Source of the DNA: Lytechinus pictus
Lineage: Eukaryota
Length of the DNA: 64,000 nt
Assembly: GCF_037042905.1 (NCBI RefSeq)
Contig: NC_087251.1
Span: forward strand, 15,378,001 to 15,442,000
Reading direction: 5' to 3'
Shown here: piece by piece, positions 35,824-49,402 of the stretch
Layout: each line of letters begins with the position of its first letter
How positions within the stretch are numbered: position 1 is the stretch's first letter
Position numbers and translations under genes: made by a program
Notes under the pieces: generated by a model
What the model saw: only the letters and a program-made list of their open reading frames with translations
Told to the model about the DNA's origin: nothing
Database searches by the model: none

Positions 35824-36301
35824 TTAACTACCGCTACCCTCAACTACACCTACCCGAACCGTCGGGTGATAAATACTCGCTCTCAAAAAACAGTGACAAA
35901 CTGTGTCACTTTTGGTTAAAAAGGCAACATGTAAAAAAAAAAGACATTAATCATACTTTACAGTGACTAAACTTACCATCTGACACAGACTCACTCCTTG
36001 CCAAAACGAAAATGGCGAACGCGTGCGGGCCATGCGCAATTCCCTTTCGCCTATTTTGATTTGGCAGTGAATTAATACGTGTGGGGAACTGCCAACCGGC
36101 TTCAAATCACCACCTCCTACACACAGAGGGAAGACTCCCATAGGATTCAGAAATCATGGTGGTGTGCTTGACATTGAACTACAGCGTCTATTTAATTCAG
36201 AATCGCCCCAATAAAATATTGCAAACAATGAAAAAAAAATTGCCCAAGGATTGAGCCTGATGGCTTGTGTGGTGTAATGTACACAAGCCATGACCTGAGG
36301 T

Positions 36302-36581
36302 CAGTGGCGGATCCAGGGGGGAGGGGGCACATCCGGCCTTCCCCCTCCCCCTTTTAAGAGGCACAAAAAATATTTTGCAATGGAATATGTCATGCATAGA
36401 CAAGAGAAAGTGCCCTCCCCCCCCCCCCCCCTTGAGAGGCACAAAAAATAATTTTCAATTGACAGTCATGCATAGAACAAGTGACCTCGATTTGGTGGTG
36501 AAGACCCTTTTTTCATTTGGAGTTGTCAAAATTTTCCTGTACAAAAATGCCCCCTTTTGGAAAATCCTGGATCTGCCTCTG
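36302..36581. mobile_element. hAT-like MITE
   Basis: cagtggcggatccagg/cctggatctgcctctg; TSD cctgaggt/cctaaggt (7/8). Confidence 0.8.
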
Positions 36582-37096
36582 CCTAAGGTAGTCTTCGGTA
36601 ATACTGGAAGCTCTGCAATTGTAAATAAATGTGCAATTCAATGTGGGATACTGATTTGGACCTGGTAGTACCGGTACAAATACATGTAGTTTTTAAAAAG
36701 CAAGTTTATTAAATGTCGTGCAATGCATGGCTTATGTGAGCATGCAGAATTAGTTTGCACCAGCTGGTAGCGAGACTACATGTACATGTACATGCATTGT
36801 GATTGTGTGTGTGATTCATCATGTGAAATGGAGAAGTACCTGCAGCCTACTTGTACAATGTATGCTCAAACCCTTATTCTGTGCCAACTCTTTTTCATGA
36901 AATAAATCTTGCTGTAAGTCACAAATTTGCCAGGAAAAATATTTAAATGGAATATTTTGGAGTTCAGCTTGACAGTAGTGTGGTGTATTGTAGGTGTCAA
37001 TAGACATGTCATTTTGTTACATACTGTACTAGTACATGTACATTTTCAAAAGAAATGCCTGCTGTATACATCACTGACATAAAGCATGTTGTTTAC

Positions 37097-37670
37097 AGGA
37101 CAAGTCCACCCTACATGTAAGAAAGATTTGATGTGAATAAAAATAGAAAAATCCAGCAAGCATAACAGTGACAAATTTCATCAAACTCGGCTCTCCATGC
37201 AAAATAAGAAAGTTATAGTTTTTTTGTAAAATTTTTTTTACTTAATTTCACTAAATAGTTTTATGCACATGCTGGTCATATGCAAATAAGGGGATTGATG
37301 ACATCACAAACTATTTCTTTTGTGTTTTATTATATGAAATATTTTCATTTTTCCCATGGTCATGTGATTAAAGTTTTATTCCTCACTGAACATGTGGAAT
37401 TACCATTGTTTATCATTTTGTGGTTCAGTCAAGTTGGTCAATATTTTCATATATCTGTAAAAAATGAAATATTTTATGAAATTTCAAACAATGAAATACA
37501 ATAGAAATTGTGAGTGAGGGGCATCATCAACTATTTCATTTGCATATGACTGAGTACATGTATATATCTCTGTTTTGTGAAAAATAAGCAAATTTAGAAA
37601 ATATAACTTTTTTTATTTTACATCCAACTTTGATGAAGTTTTCAGCGTTTTTCTGGGGTGGAATTGACCT
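37097..37670. mobile_element. Kolobok-like MITE, same family as 35213
   Basis: aggacaagtccacc...ggtggaattgacct; flanks ttac/ttaa. Confidence 0.75.
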
Positions 37671-38013
37671 TTAAACAGATTAACCAAGTTATTTTCAATA
37701 ACCAAACTTGTTGGTCTTTCTGTAGTGAGTAGCCTGCTTGCCAGCTGCACCAAATGCACCAATTCATAATCTCATTATTAATGCTGTATATCGTTCTCAT
37801 TCACTATCATACAAAGTTGAGACAAAAAGAATGAACAAAGCCTTGACATTTATCAGGGATATGCAACAGCCCTGCATTTATGTATGGTGACTCTGATACA
37901 TGTAAGTTTGAGGTAACTTGAACATTAATAGATCCAGACCACAATTACAATGTACATGTAAAACTTATACCATTTTGAATGTTCCAAGCTTTTAGGCATA
38001 ATAGTGAGTCCAA

Positions 38014-38413
38014 TACCCCTTTCATAAACCCAATAAAACCCAATTATGCGGCTAATAGCAGCATAATTTGGTCGTAAAATCACAGGAGGACAAGAGTTAT
38101 CCGCATTATTCTGATGCTGCTATTATCCGCATAATAGCGGCATCGGGACAAGATTTTGAGTTTATGAACGTATTTCCAAATAATGCGGATAATTGCCATG
38201 GTGCGGTCACAAGGTCACCCTTTTCCAACACAACCGCATCGGAGGGGGCGTGTCCAGTTGTCATGACGATTATCCGCCTTTTTCAGGACGGGCGCTCGTG
38301 AAAATAATGCGGATAATTTTCGGAGTTTGTGAACGCAATTTTTATTGAATTATCCGCATTACTCTTAGGCGGCTAATTGGAGGATAGGTTTTATTGGGTT
38401 TATGAAAGGGGTA
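38014..38413. mobile_element. Harbinger-like MITE (TACC termini)
   Basis: Perfect 27-bp TIR tacccctttcataaacccaataaaacc; flanks caa/tta; internal ttatccgcat repeats. Confidence 0.85.
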
Positions 38414-38619
38414 TTAGAATGCTAAATTGCTGATCTACATAGGAGACCCTTGAAGAACAAAAATAGCTCAAAGATACTCAGTAATAGTCCCAATATAAAA
38501 AAAAAATAGCCCCTCAAAGAAATTAATTCCTACATGTACGTTAGGCTGACCTCCACTACTGCGGTGCGTATGTGATACTTCGGTCTATGGGGGAGGTGAT
38601 GCCACAAAGCCAAACAATG

Positions 38620-39072
38620 ACCCCGTTCTCATTATTGTCCTAAAACTAGTTTAGTGGAAACTAGTTTTAATGTGTAATGAGAACAGTCAAAGCGGTCATG
38701 GAAGCGATCTTCCAAACCGGTTTAGAAGCCACCTCGCGATGTCGTTTTCAAAATTTCTTTGCCTCGTTAAACTGGTTTTATTGTGAGGACACAACCATTC
38801 TTCAGGAAGTGGTCTTTGCACATTTTGAGCATGCTACTCCACACACTGTGTGTACTACATGTATGTCGACGCTGTGGTTTCGAATTTCGTGCGAAACATG
38901 TGACACCCCACTGAAGCATTCCTGTAGCAACACGACTGCTTTACATGAATTGTTCTTGAAAACCACTTTCGGGTGATCAGGTGGGAACGCAAGCAATTAA
39001 AGTGATCTTTCAAACTGGTTTCCTGAACCAATATCCAGTAAACTAGTTTCCGGTACTGAGAGTTTGAGCGTA
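38620..39072. mobile_element. Degenerate MITE
   Basis: Inverted aaactagttta...gga motifs near both ends; (a)atg(a) duplicated at the flanks. Confidence 0.5.
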
Positions 39073-39699
39073 ATGATCTCTTCTACTGATGCATGGAGCC
39101 TGGGTTATGAAGTGCGGAAGCTGGATATTCACAAGCTGGTGGTGTATTTGATAGAGCATGGTGCTTTGTTTAAGGAGACGACGTGTGTGCATGTGCATGC
39201 TGAAATAGAGGTAATCCTGGGTTTTTTATAATTCTCATTGTACATTAGCTTGTTTTCATCCTAAAGTTCCTATTTGATTTTTTTTGGGGGGGTTGGGCAG
39301 GAGTGGTTCAGATTCAAATTCAAGCAATTTTGTTTAGATTTAATCATGCTAGGATCTGTTTAGAGGGTCTACTAATTCAAGAAAGTACTCCAATTTATGT
39401 TTACATATAGATCAAGACAATAATTAGAAGTCTATATTCTGAAAAATTTCAGCCTACGTTATTCCATAGACCCTATCGTTAAGTTACTTGGTTTTCTAAA
39501 AGAAAAAAATGTGTGAATATTTCATTAATTTACATGAAAATTCATACCATCCACACCATAAAGATTGTAAGAGATTTACACAATGTTAATAATACAAATA
39601 CATACAATGTAACTTGGTTAGTAATAAATTGGATAAGTGACAGAATTTAGGTCTAGAATCTGGAGTTAAAGGGGATTTTATAGCAACAATTCAATGGTA

Positions 39700-40783
39700 C
39701 CACCCCAGCAAAGAGTTGATTTGCATAAAAAGAGAAAAATCCAACAAGCATAACACTGAAAATTTCATCATGTAAAATAATAAAGCTATGACATTTTTAA
39801 GTTTCACAAAGTAGTTGTATGCACATATTGGTCTGTATGCAAATGAGGGGACTGATGACATCACTCACTGACTATTCTATATTTCATTATATGAAATATT
39901 CAAATTTTCTCCTCATTGTCCTGTGAAACGAAGTTACTGTTTTTTAAACATTTGTAGGTCCTTATTGCCAAATCTGTAAATAATATTGAAATATACATTT
40001 CAAACAATAAAAAAAAATTAGTGAGTGAAGGACATCATCTACTCACTCTCTCATTTGCATACACTGATTTGTCCATCTAATACCCTTTTTACACAGGATT
40101 TTCTTAACCCCGGACTATCGCTAACCCCGTACTATCCTTAACCCCGTACTATTTTTTTTCCTTTTTACACATGCCAAATTGTTATTGCTAACCCCGGATA
40201 AGGAATGCTTGCTTTTTACACACGAAACTCGCTAACCCCGGACTAGTGGTTTTTGTCGATCATTCGTAGTACAAGTACTTCACTCGTACCATTTTACACA
40301 CGCTACAATTTCCTTAACCCCGTACTATAGGTGGGGCCAAATTGCCATTTAGCCCCACCTATAGTACGGGGTTAAGCTTAGCCCACTTTCGTTTTACACT
40401 AGCGATCTTAACCCCGTACTATCGCTCTTAGCACCGCAATTGCTGGGATAACCCTGCTTTTTTGCAGGGCCAAATAATCCCGTACTAAAGGTGGGGTTAG
40501 CCCACTTTGCAAAAATGCTGTGTAAAAAGAAAGTGGGCTAAGCTTAACCCCGTACTATAGGTGGGGCTAAATTGCCATTTAGCCCCACCTATAGTACGGG
40601 GTTAAGGAAATTTTAGCGTGTGTAAAAAGGGTATAATTGTTTTGTGAAAAATAAGTGAAACTTTGAAATGGCATAACTTCCTTATTTACATTTGATCTTG
40701 ATGAAATTTTCATGGTTACGGTATGCTTGTTTGATTTTTCTCTGTTAATTCAAATCAACATTTTTCTAGGGTGGACTTGACCT
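39700..40783. mobile_element. Kolobok-like MITE, same family as 35213, split by 40081-40633
   Basis: Family homology on both sides of the insert; right end ggtggacttgacct; left end eroded. Confidence 0.7.
40081..40633. mobile_element. Harbinger-like MITE (TACC...GGTA, TAA TSD)
   Basis: taccctttttacaca/tgtgtaaaaagggta; taa at 40078-40080 and 40634-40636; many taaccccgtactat repeats. Confidence 0.9.
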
Positions 40784-41742
40784 TTTAAGTTTTGGTAAAG
40801 AGTAAGTAATGTGTTTTATACTCAGGTATCAACTAACTTTCCAAATACGAAATTTAATGGCCATTTTTAGCCATTAGAATATTTGGCGTTTTTTTTTTCA
40901 GCTGTAACAATTGAATTTGGCATCTAGAGATCCCTTGTCGGTATTTTATTTTTCTTGAAAAATACCCCTCTGTGCATTTACTTCAGGAATTTAATAATTG
41001 GATATTCAAGAGAGCTTCATGTATATATCTAGAAGTTTTCAGCCCATTCCATACTTAAGAAGGGGGGTTATACATGTACTTAGACAAAATATGCAGGTAT
41101 TTTGTTTTGATCAAGCACTCAATCAAAACAAAAATAAGAGCTGGATGAAAAATCTGTAAATATATCCAATGGAACAAATTTTTATTTGATAATGATATCA
41201 TTAATATTTCAGGGCACACACATGATGTAGTAATGAATTGAAATACTGACATGTACTTTTTACATACCAAAATTAAAGATAGGCTGTAGTGTAAAGTAAT
41301 GACATGCTCCTGCAGAGGACCGTGCCTGTCAATATTCATTGCAAGATGAATTGTATTAAAGTATATTGCAATATATTTCCTTAACACAATTTCAATTTGA
41401 TGTTCATGTTGAATTTCAGTAAATAAACCATACATGTACATTTCTGCAACAAATACTGTTGCATGAAGTGTCATTGTTGTAGCAGTTTTGTCCCTTGCCT
41501 TGTAATCAAAGACTCATTTGTTTGAAAAACCTTTGGTAAGATGTTGATCAACATTTTGTCATTGTCCATCCAGGTGTAGTATGCCTAGCAATTGACTTTG
41601 AAAACATGTGGTGGAATGCTCCACTTCCAATAGATTAATTGATAATAGAAGAATGTTAATTATTATGTTAATGGCAGCAAGTTTTCTCAAATCTTTTACC
41701 TTTTATTTTAACAGAAACTCGTATCAACCTAAAGTTACCACC

Positions 41743-44700
41743 ATGGTGAGTAAGATATAAATTCTTTTAATCCATAACTTTAAGGGAAATTTCACCATTG
41801 TTAAACTTAAAGTCAAGTTGGTGTTTTTAAAAACAGAATAAATGGAATATTTTAATGTAGATTTGGCAAAAAATTATCTTAAAAAATGAATAACATAAAG
41901 ACAGTCAAACTGGTTTGTTAAATGAAACCAAAACCCAAGAAGAGAACCAATCTTATTGGAAAGAGTTAATTGAGAGAAGGAATTTAAAACAAGTTTCATG
42001 GAAATAAATTATTGAATAGGAGTTATTGAAATTTGAAAGTCTTGTACTTTCAACAGGGATACTCAAATTGGAGAACATGCTTCAAAATGGCTGATATTAT
42101 TAACAACTCCCCATTTGGTTTGTACATGTACACAAATTTTGAGATTTTCTGCTTTATTTTACACATTTCTGATTATCTCCTTCTGACCTAAACATGCAGT
42201 GTAGGCCTATGTGTTGTTAATTATCGGTATATTTCCCCATGATGTGCACAAAGGAGGCAAGACATGAAAGAAGAAAATTTGTGTACAAACCAAAAAGAGA
42301 GCTGTCCACAATAGTTAGCTATTTTGAAGCAAGTTTTCCAATTTAAATGTGATCCTTCACAGAAAGTACCATACAACAAGACTTCCCAAACTTCCATAAC
42401 TATCGAATAACCGATTTTGATAAAACTACTTTTAGATCCTCTCATCTTACTCTTTCTTCTGTCCTTGTTTTTTTTTTTTTAATCATTATTTTTATTCCTA
42501 CTTTAATGTTCCTTTGGTGCCATCAGTATGTACTCCTATATGTATGAACTCAGCTTTATGGTGTGATGTCATATGAATTTGCAAACTTTTCAGCTTTCAT
42601 CTTTTACCCTTTTCATTACCAAGCTTGGTTTGCCCCGTTGTTAATGTTAAAACTTTTATTTGTTATCGGTTGTTATTTTTTTCAGCCAAAATCAGGTATC
42701 ACAGTCCCTGCAGAGATTGAAAAAATTATGAAGGACCTTGTAAAGAAACAGTACATATATGCTATATTTGAATTCTGTGTAAGTATATTTTAATCTTTTA
42801 TGTCTCTACAATACTGAGTGCCATAGTCATCAAATCATTATAGTCACATTATTTCTCTGTAGAATTGAAGTTACATGTACATCTTCCCTGTAGTTGAGCA
42901 AGTCCAAGCTACAGTATTTGTTCCCAAGGAGGTGATTTTTCAACTCTGCAGTGGAAACATTGAAATTTTGTAATCTGAACAAAAAGAAATTACAACAGGA
43001 ACTGTATAGACAGTGATTAATGACTAAAATTGCATGAATTGTCTTTCCTGGTAACACATGGGACTGAAAAAATATTACAAATCTTGATTTATTATAAATG
43101 TTTTCAGTGTGACCAAAGAAGTGCAGGGACATATAGTCTATAGAATCATGGATCTAGGATCCATGATAGAATCCAACTGCTTAAAGGAGAATGAAACCTT
43201 TGGAACAAAATAGCTTGTGTGAAAACAGAAAAATCAAAGAAACAGATCAATGAAAGTTTGAGAAAAATCATAAAAATAATGAGAAAGTTATGAGCATTTT
43301 AATATTGCGATCACTATTGCTATGGAGATCCTCCCATTGGCAATGCGACAAAGATGTGTGATGTCACTTATGAACAACTCTCCCCATTACTTTAGTACAT
43401 ACATATATTTCACTTTAACTGCCACTTATATCACATCTATCAGTTGATCATGTGTTCTTTCTATAGGATATCATGTAATACAGATTTTTAAAGAATACAT
43501 CATGGATGAAGAGTTTGTATCAACATAAGAAAAAGCAAAAAGAGACATTTTGGGGGTATTAGTCGATCAAAGAGAAAGTTGTTCTCATGTGACATCACAC
43601 ATCCTTATCGCATTGCCAATGGGAGGATCTCCATAGCAATAGTGATTGCAATATTCAAATGCTCATAACTTTCTCATTATTTGTCCGATTTCCCTCAAAC
43701 TTTCTTTTTTCTTATTCTTTGATTTTTCTGTTTCGACATAAGCCAACTTGTTCCAAAGGTTTCATTTCCCTTTAATGATTTTTTTCTCCAAGTCTCATGC
43801 AACTTTTGGAACAAAATTTGCTACATCAGTGCATGGGTTTCAAAGTTGCAGGCATGCAGTGTTAAAGTGCCTGACCCAGAATTGCTCAAAAATGTAATTC
43901 CATGTACAAATCCAATACAAATCATGTTCTAGCTAATATTGATTGTGTCATATTTCTACTTTTAATGACTTAAAGGAACTTATTTCATTTTGTCTTTGAT
44001 GCAGTAGTGTTGCTGACAATTTTCATCAACAAAAATTAAGATATTTAAAAAAGCATTAAAATACAAAAATTTGATACCTTTTTTTTTAAATGTACATTGG
44101 ATCAGAATGTCACAGAAATACTCTCAATAAAAATTCAGCAGTTTTCACTTGTTAGCTTTAATTCAATCGATTATCTATAACAAATCTTACATCATTCATT
44201 TAAAGAAAAGTGATCAGTATTGTATTACAGTTTAAAGTGTTTTATTGTCTTTTTTAATATTGCTTCAAATTATAAGCTGATTCGTCATTCTTGACAGAGT
44301 GATTTTCATCAGTGAAATTGTAAAAAAAAGTTTACCGGTACACAATTTTTAAAATGAAAATGCATAAGAGAATAGCTGTCCCATGTGTTACTGTGCATGT
44401 CTTCATTCAACTTGATCTTAAAAGAAAAAAAAGTTGTAGACATCAAAATTTACCCTTTCAATGCTAATTTAAGATGTCACTATGTAAATTTAAATTTGCT
44501 TTTTAAATTCAGAGCATTATGTGAAAAAAATCAAGGTTAAAAAACACAATTTTTTTCTGGTCCCATGTGTTACTGATGAATAAATTACCATAAATTATGA
44601 AAAGAGTCATCCCAATTATTGCTGATGTTTTAGATAGAGGTCCTTGGCACCTATTAGATTATACCCAAGGACTATGGTTGTTTAATCATGGTATTTGTAT

Positions 44701-47700
44701 AAAAAAGGCCTATTTTGTGCTCTGATTCCCATTTGTTACCATCACAAAATACTAGTAGCTTGGACTTGCCCACTTACATGTACATAACACATTTTTCATG
44801 TCACTGATAAATTTCTGGAAGCTGTAGGTCAAGTAAGAAAATGATGTGGGGTCCAGTAGACTTCATGTAAAACCAGATTCCCTGTGTACATGTATTTCAT
44901 GTGGTAATTCAATTACACAAACTTTATAATCATGAAATCTTTAATTGGATTTACAAATTCAAAAGAATTTACATAATTATTCCAACACCAATAGAAAGAG
45001 GCTGTCATTATTTTTCATTATCATAATGAAAAAGAGAATTGTTGCAAACATGTCAGCAAGAGTGTTTTCTCTGATAGATAATACATGTAGATATGATCTT
45101 ATTTCCCATGTTGAACAGTCTGCTATTGAATTTTCTTTCATGACATTATAAACTTATTTGAGTTGGTTCTTCTACTAAACTAACAATATGTTTTTACTTT
45201 GTAATTTTTTCTATGATTCAATATTTTTCCCCTTTTTTCCTATTTATTGTACAGGAAGAGGGTAATTCTATGGTAAGTATTTATATATATGTCTTTGGTC
45301 ATAATATTGATTATCATTTTAATTTGTTTTTTAATCATACTGGAAGTTTGTTCACATATGCCAAGTTTTATGTAATATTTAATGTTTTTGAGATCAGGAA
45401 ATATTTAAAATAGAATACAAAGACACATATTCAAAAATTACACTATACCCAGTGGAAATATGATCATATTGGAAATTCCAGGACACCATCACCACCTCTC
45501 GAGGTACCTTGATTAGGTCTTTCATTACTTACATTTCCAATTGCATTTTTTTTGTAAATTCAGTCTAATTTATTTGAAACACATTTGATTGTTGTTTCTT
45601 CATTCAGTCTTGTCGCCCTTTATTGGATTCTAGTTAATTGTACAATCTCTGACTGCCTTTGCTAGATAATTACAGTGCATTATGCTGTGAATGAAATCGT
45701 TAACAAATCAAATCATCATGTATTTTTGACTGCACATTCTGTTAATTACTTGAATAAAACATTGAGGAAGAGATAGAATCAAGCCTTGTAGAATCATAAT
45801 TTCAGGGCTTCTTAACAAATATGAATACGAACCTATTCATATCCAACTTTTCTCTATGTTGTAAATACAATGTTTATCTTGCAAAGTTGTGAAAACAAAA
45901 AATGATGGCTGGGGAGGGGGGGGGGGGGTTCCACAGACTTGGGTTAAGATCCAGACTGGACCCAAAAGTGAAAGTAATCAAAAGCTTATAAACTACTAAT
46001 TTCATCAATTCAAGCTTTATGCATTTTAACTGCTTACCAGGTGAGTATTTTGCTTAAAAGGCTGAAAAAATATGATTTGAACAGGTGAAGAAAATCTAGA
46101 CAAACAAAATACTGAAAATTTTACTATAATTGTGATGGATTTGCATTATTTTGGTGAAACAGTATACCTCTATGCATACATGTATTCAGTGAGCAAACTC
46201 ATCATATCCCCATTTGTTCTTTTGTATGTTATTTTTTTTTGTTTATGCTTAAAAAAAATTTCCTCCAAGAACTAAAAAAATTGGATTGATGATAACTGAC
46301 TCAATGCATTAGATGTTAATTTCTGCAACTCATATTAATATAAGGGGCTCAAAGCCAAAGGGAGACATCATTCATACATGTATGAAATAATTATTCAAAG
46401 TGCAAAGTATGGTCTAGAAACACATTCACAACCCTCCTGACACAGTATGACGTCACATAGTTCAGGCCTTTTAATAAGCTTGCTGTAGCCTATTGTCGAA
46501 ACCTGTTAATTTGAGTTGTTTTATGCAAAATACTTAGCTGTCAAGCAGTGAATAGACATAAAGCTTACATTGTTGTAACATGTACATGTATATATTTCCC
46601 AGCTGTTAATTTCACTTTTAGTTCTGGTCTGGTTTTTTTCTAATGCATGATGAACAAAGAAATGCCAAAATATTTATTTTAAATAATAGCATGCATTTTA
46701 TATTTCTCTGTGTTTGGGATGAGAGTGGCAGAGAAGGGCTGAGGGGGATAACTTCAATACCCCTTTGTACTGTTATTTTTTTTTCAAGGTAAAATCAGTA
46801 ATTTCCATGTGCTTTTCATTGTTGCCAGGCTTGGAAAAGGTTAGTTGAAAGGCAAAAGCGTGATGCATTTCCAGACATAAAATCCCATGATCGGGCACCA
46901 AGAGAGCGATTTGAACGAGAGTATGATCACTTTCTCTCCTACATCAAGTCTGATAATGCTCTTGTTGGACTATTTGACTTCTCTGCACTTGAAGTACCGG
47001 GTAAAGATTTGAAGATTGCTGAAATTCATTGGTATGTAACCCTTATGATGTATTTTCTTTTTTTCCAATTAAAAATGAAATACACAAATTAAGACGTGAT
47101 CTATCATATTATGACAGAAAGTCACAGACCATAAAAGATCAATCTCGAATAGTATCAGTTCATTTGGTGTGTAATAGAACTCCCCTGTCCAGAGCACAAA
47201 ACCTTTGTTTTAAGCCCTTTGCCCGTTTGATGTAACATTGAACAAGGCAAACGCCAATTGTGTTCTTAAATTTTTAGATTGCTTGCCCTCTCTGACTCTC
47301 ATAAGTTTTGCTTGCACTGGGTGTACATGACAATTTTTTATTTCTGTAACTTTGGTGATTTATGTAATGCTTGCACTTATCATGGATTGATGAAATCATC
47401 TTATTCAGTATGTATCTTGCACATAATACATGTAGGTACATGTACAAATAAAATAAACTTTGGGTTTTGAGATTTGGAAGAAAAAAAATTCAAACAGATA
47501 AACTAATGAAAACTCTATTGTTGGATTAAGGCTTTGTCAAGTTACATGATAAATCTTACTTGCATGATATTGAAAGTAAATGAGTTCAATCATCCTCAAA
47601 ATAATGCATTGATAAAAAATATGCACAGGTATCTCATGACATATAAAACTATTGATTGATACGTTTTCTTATACTTCTTCAGGTGTAAGGACGAAATGCC

Positions 47701-47836
47701 AGTAAAAAAGAAGATGTTGTTTGCATCCAGTGTAGACGACATGAAGAAATGTTGCTCTGGTAGTGCAAAGATTATCAATGTCAAGGAGATAGAGGAGCTG
47801 AATATTGATGCAATCATTGATATTGTCAAGTCATAA
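41743..47836 (+). CDS. ADF/cofilin (depactin-like) gene A, 156 aa: join(41743..41745,42686..42778,45255..45272,46829..47031,47683..47836)
   Basis: All introns are GT-AG with consistent phases (0,0,0,2). ccaccATG|gtgagt gives an intron right after the start codon, as in ADF/cofilin genes. Protein: M|PKSGITVPAEIEKIMKDLVKKQYIYAIFEFC|EEGNSM|AWKRLVERQKRDAFPDIKSHDRAPRERFEREYDHFLSYIKSDNALVGLFDFSALEVPGKDLKIAEIHW|CKDEMPVKKKMLFASSVDDMKKCCSGSAKIINVKEIEELNIDAIIDIVKS*, with ADF-H motifs SG, FDF and W...KKM.FASS. Confidence 0.88.
42686..42778 (+). CDS. Cofilin-like gene A coding exon 2
   Basis: ttttttcag acceptor and gtaagt donor; PKSGITV...YAIFEFC. Confidence 0.85.
43185..43771. mobile_element. Kolobok-like palindromic MITE in a gene A intron
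   Basis: aggagaatgaaacctttggaacaa/ttgttccaaaggtttcatttccct; TTAA at 43181-43184 and 43772-43775; about 200-bp inverted arms. Confidence 0.85.
45255..45272 (+). CDS. Cofilin-like gene A 18-nt microexon (EEGNSM)
   Basis: Pyrimidine tract plus acag acceptor, gtaagt donor, phase 0-0; positional homolog of 58528-58563. Confidence 0.7.
46829..47031 (+). CDS. Cofilin-like gene A coding exon 4
   Basis: Open for 203 nt, ccag acceptor, TG|gtatgt splits the conserved Trp codon. Confidence 0.85.
47683..47836 (+). CDS. Cofilin-like gene A last coding exon
   Basis: WCKDEMPVKKKMLFASS actin-binding helix motif; TAA at 47834-47836. Confidence 0.9.
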
Positions 47837-48870
47837 GTGAGGATGGATCAAGAAGGACAGACTGAACATCCTGACATCCATGGAGGTTTATTAAATAATT
47901 GTGATCTTAAGTATTGGACTTTTAGTAGGAAACATCTACATATAAAGTAGATATGATATGATGAGAATACAACCATCAGATGATCAGCTGTAATATACAT
48001 CTGAAAAGTGTTTGGAGACATCATGTTGATGTATTAAGCACATTTACAACCGGGATATATCGTTATGAACATGACATACATGTTTTTAACATCGACATGT
48101 AAGTCATATTCGTTGTGGGATGCTATGACTGGGAACTTATGACACTGTTCATCAGTAAGAATAAGCAAGAGGTACCCCATTTGCCTGTCTATTTAATAGG
48201 GAACAAGATGAAGATTAAAATTATATATTTCATGGATTACCTCCATTTGTGTCTGGTAATTTTCCAAATTTTCTTTATCATTTCTTTACATTTTATACTG
48301 ATCACCAGCCTTACATCAACTATCATGAAGTTGCATTGCAGCTGAAGCAAAATACGTTATTCTGCTTCATATCATGTCATCTTCATACATGATGAAATTT
48401 GTGACTGATCAGGGTGCCATTTCATAAATGCACAATATCTTTATCTTCATTATCAGCCAATCAAATCAAATGATTTGTTATTGCAAGTTTGTATTCGTAA
48501 CAAGTTTTATGAAACGAATCACAGATCGATCACAAGTATGGAAAGCCAACAGCACCAACATCTAAAAATACACACATGAAATTGATTCTAAATATCATGT
48601 ATACTCTTACATGAATCATTGCCAATCAGTGTGCTCCTCTTCGTTTTCACATGGACATTGTTACATTTCTTGTATAAACAATTATGACATTGATGGCTTT
48701 CCATATTTAAGATTTATTAGGTCAAACACAACTCTTTGTAATATCACTGGTGATCAAAGGCATGAACCAGTTAAAGTATCTACACCAGAGTACTAGTAAC
48801 CCACTTCAGTATGAGTACACAGAGGATCTTTGTGTGGTGCAGATTTATATACTCGCTTTAGTATCAAAAG

Positions 48871-49402
48871 CCCGGGGGGGGGGGGGGTACTTAGTATAAA
48901 TGTATGATACATATGTGCCGCGGTTGAGACCCCCATTTTCAGCTGAAATTTCCGTTCCAGAGCATCACCAATTTAGGGAGCCATATGAATTCCTTTTTTT
49001 TTCCTGTTCCAGAGATCCTCAAATTTGTGGTTTATCGTTCCAGTAATCGCCCATCATGAACTACTCAGCCGGTTAGACCGGTAAGCTCGATCGGCGCGGA
49101 GCCATATGCCGGGCCGCCGAAGCTCCCCGCATCCGCAGTTGGCTAGTGCTAGCCCAATGCGATATGAATCTAATAAGACGCGCGCGCACGCTTTATACCA
49201 TGCTATGATACAATGAGTTCCGGAGACCCAGATTTTTTATGTGGTCAGTTCCAGAGCATTGCATTTTCAGGGATTTTAAGCAATTGTTGATCCAAGAGTC
49301 GTTCCGGAGACCCCAATTTCAAGACCAACATTTAGTTCCAGAGCCCCCTATTTTCGACTTTGGTGTGGCACATCTAGGTATATATGGAGTAGTTCCCCTG
49401 GG
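48871..49402. mobile_element. CCCGGG(G)n-type MITE downstream of the gene A stop codon
   Basis: 8-bp TSD atcaaaag at 48863-48870 and 49403-49410; gttccagag/gttccggag internal repeats. Confidence 0.75.

Noticed and set aside
35971..36060. Minus-strand ATG|gtaagt resembling a third cofilin-type start exon
   Set aside because: No downstream cofilin-like exons were found on the minus strand and the context looks repeat-derived.
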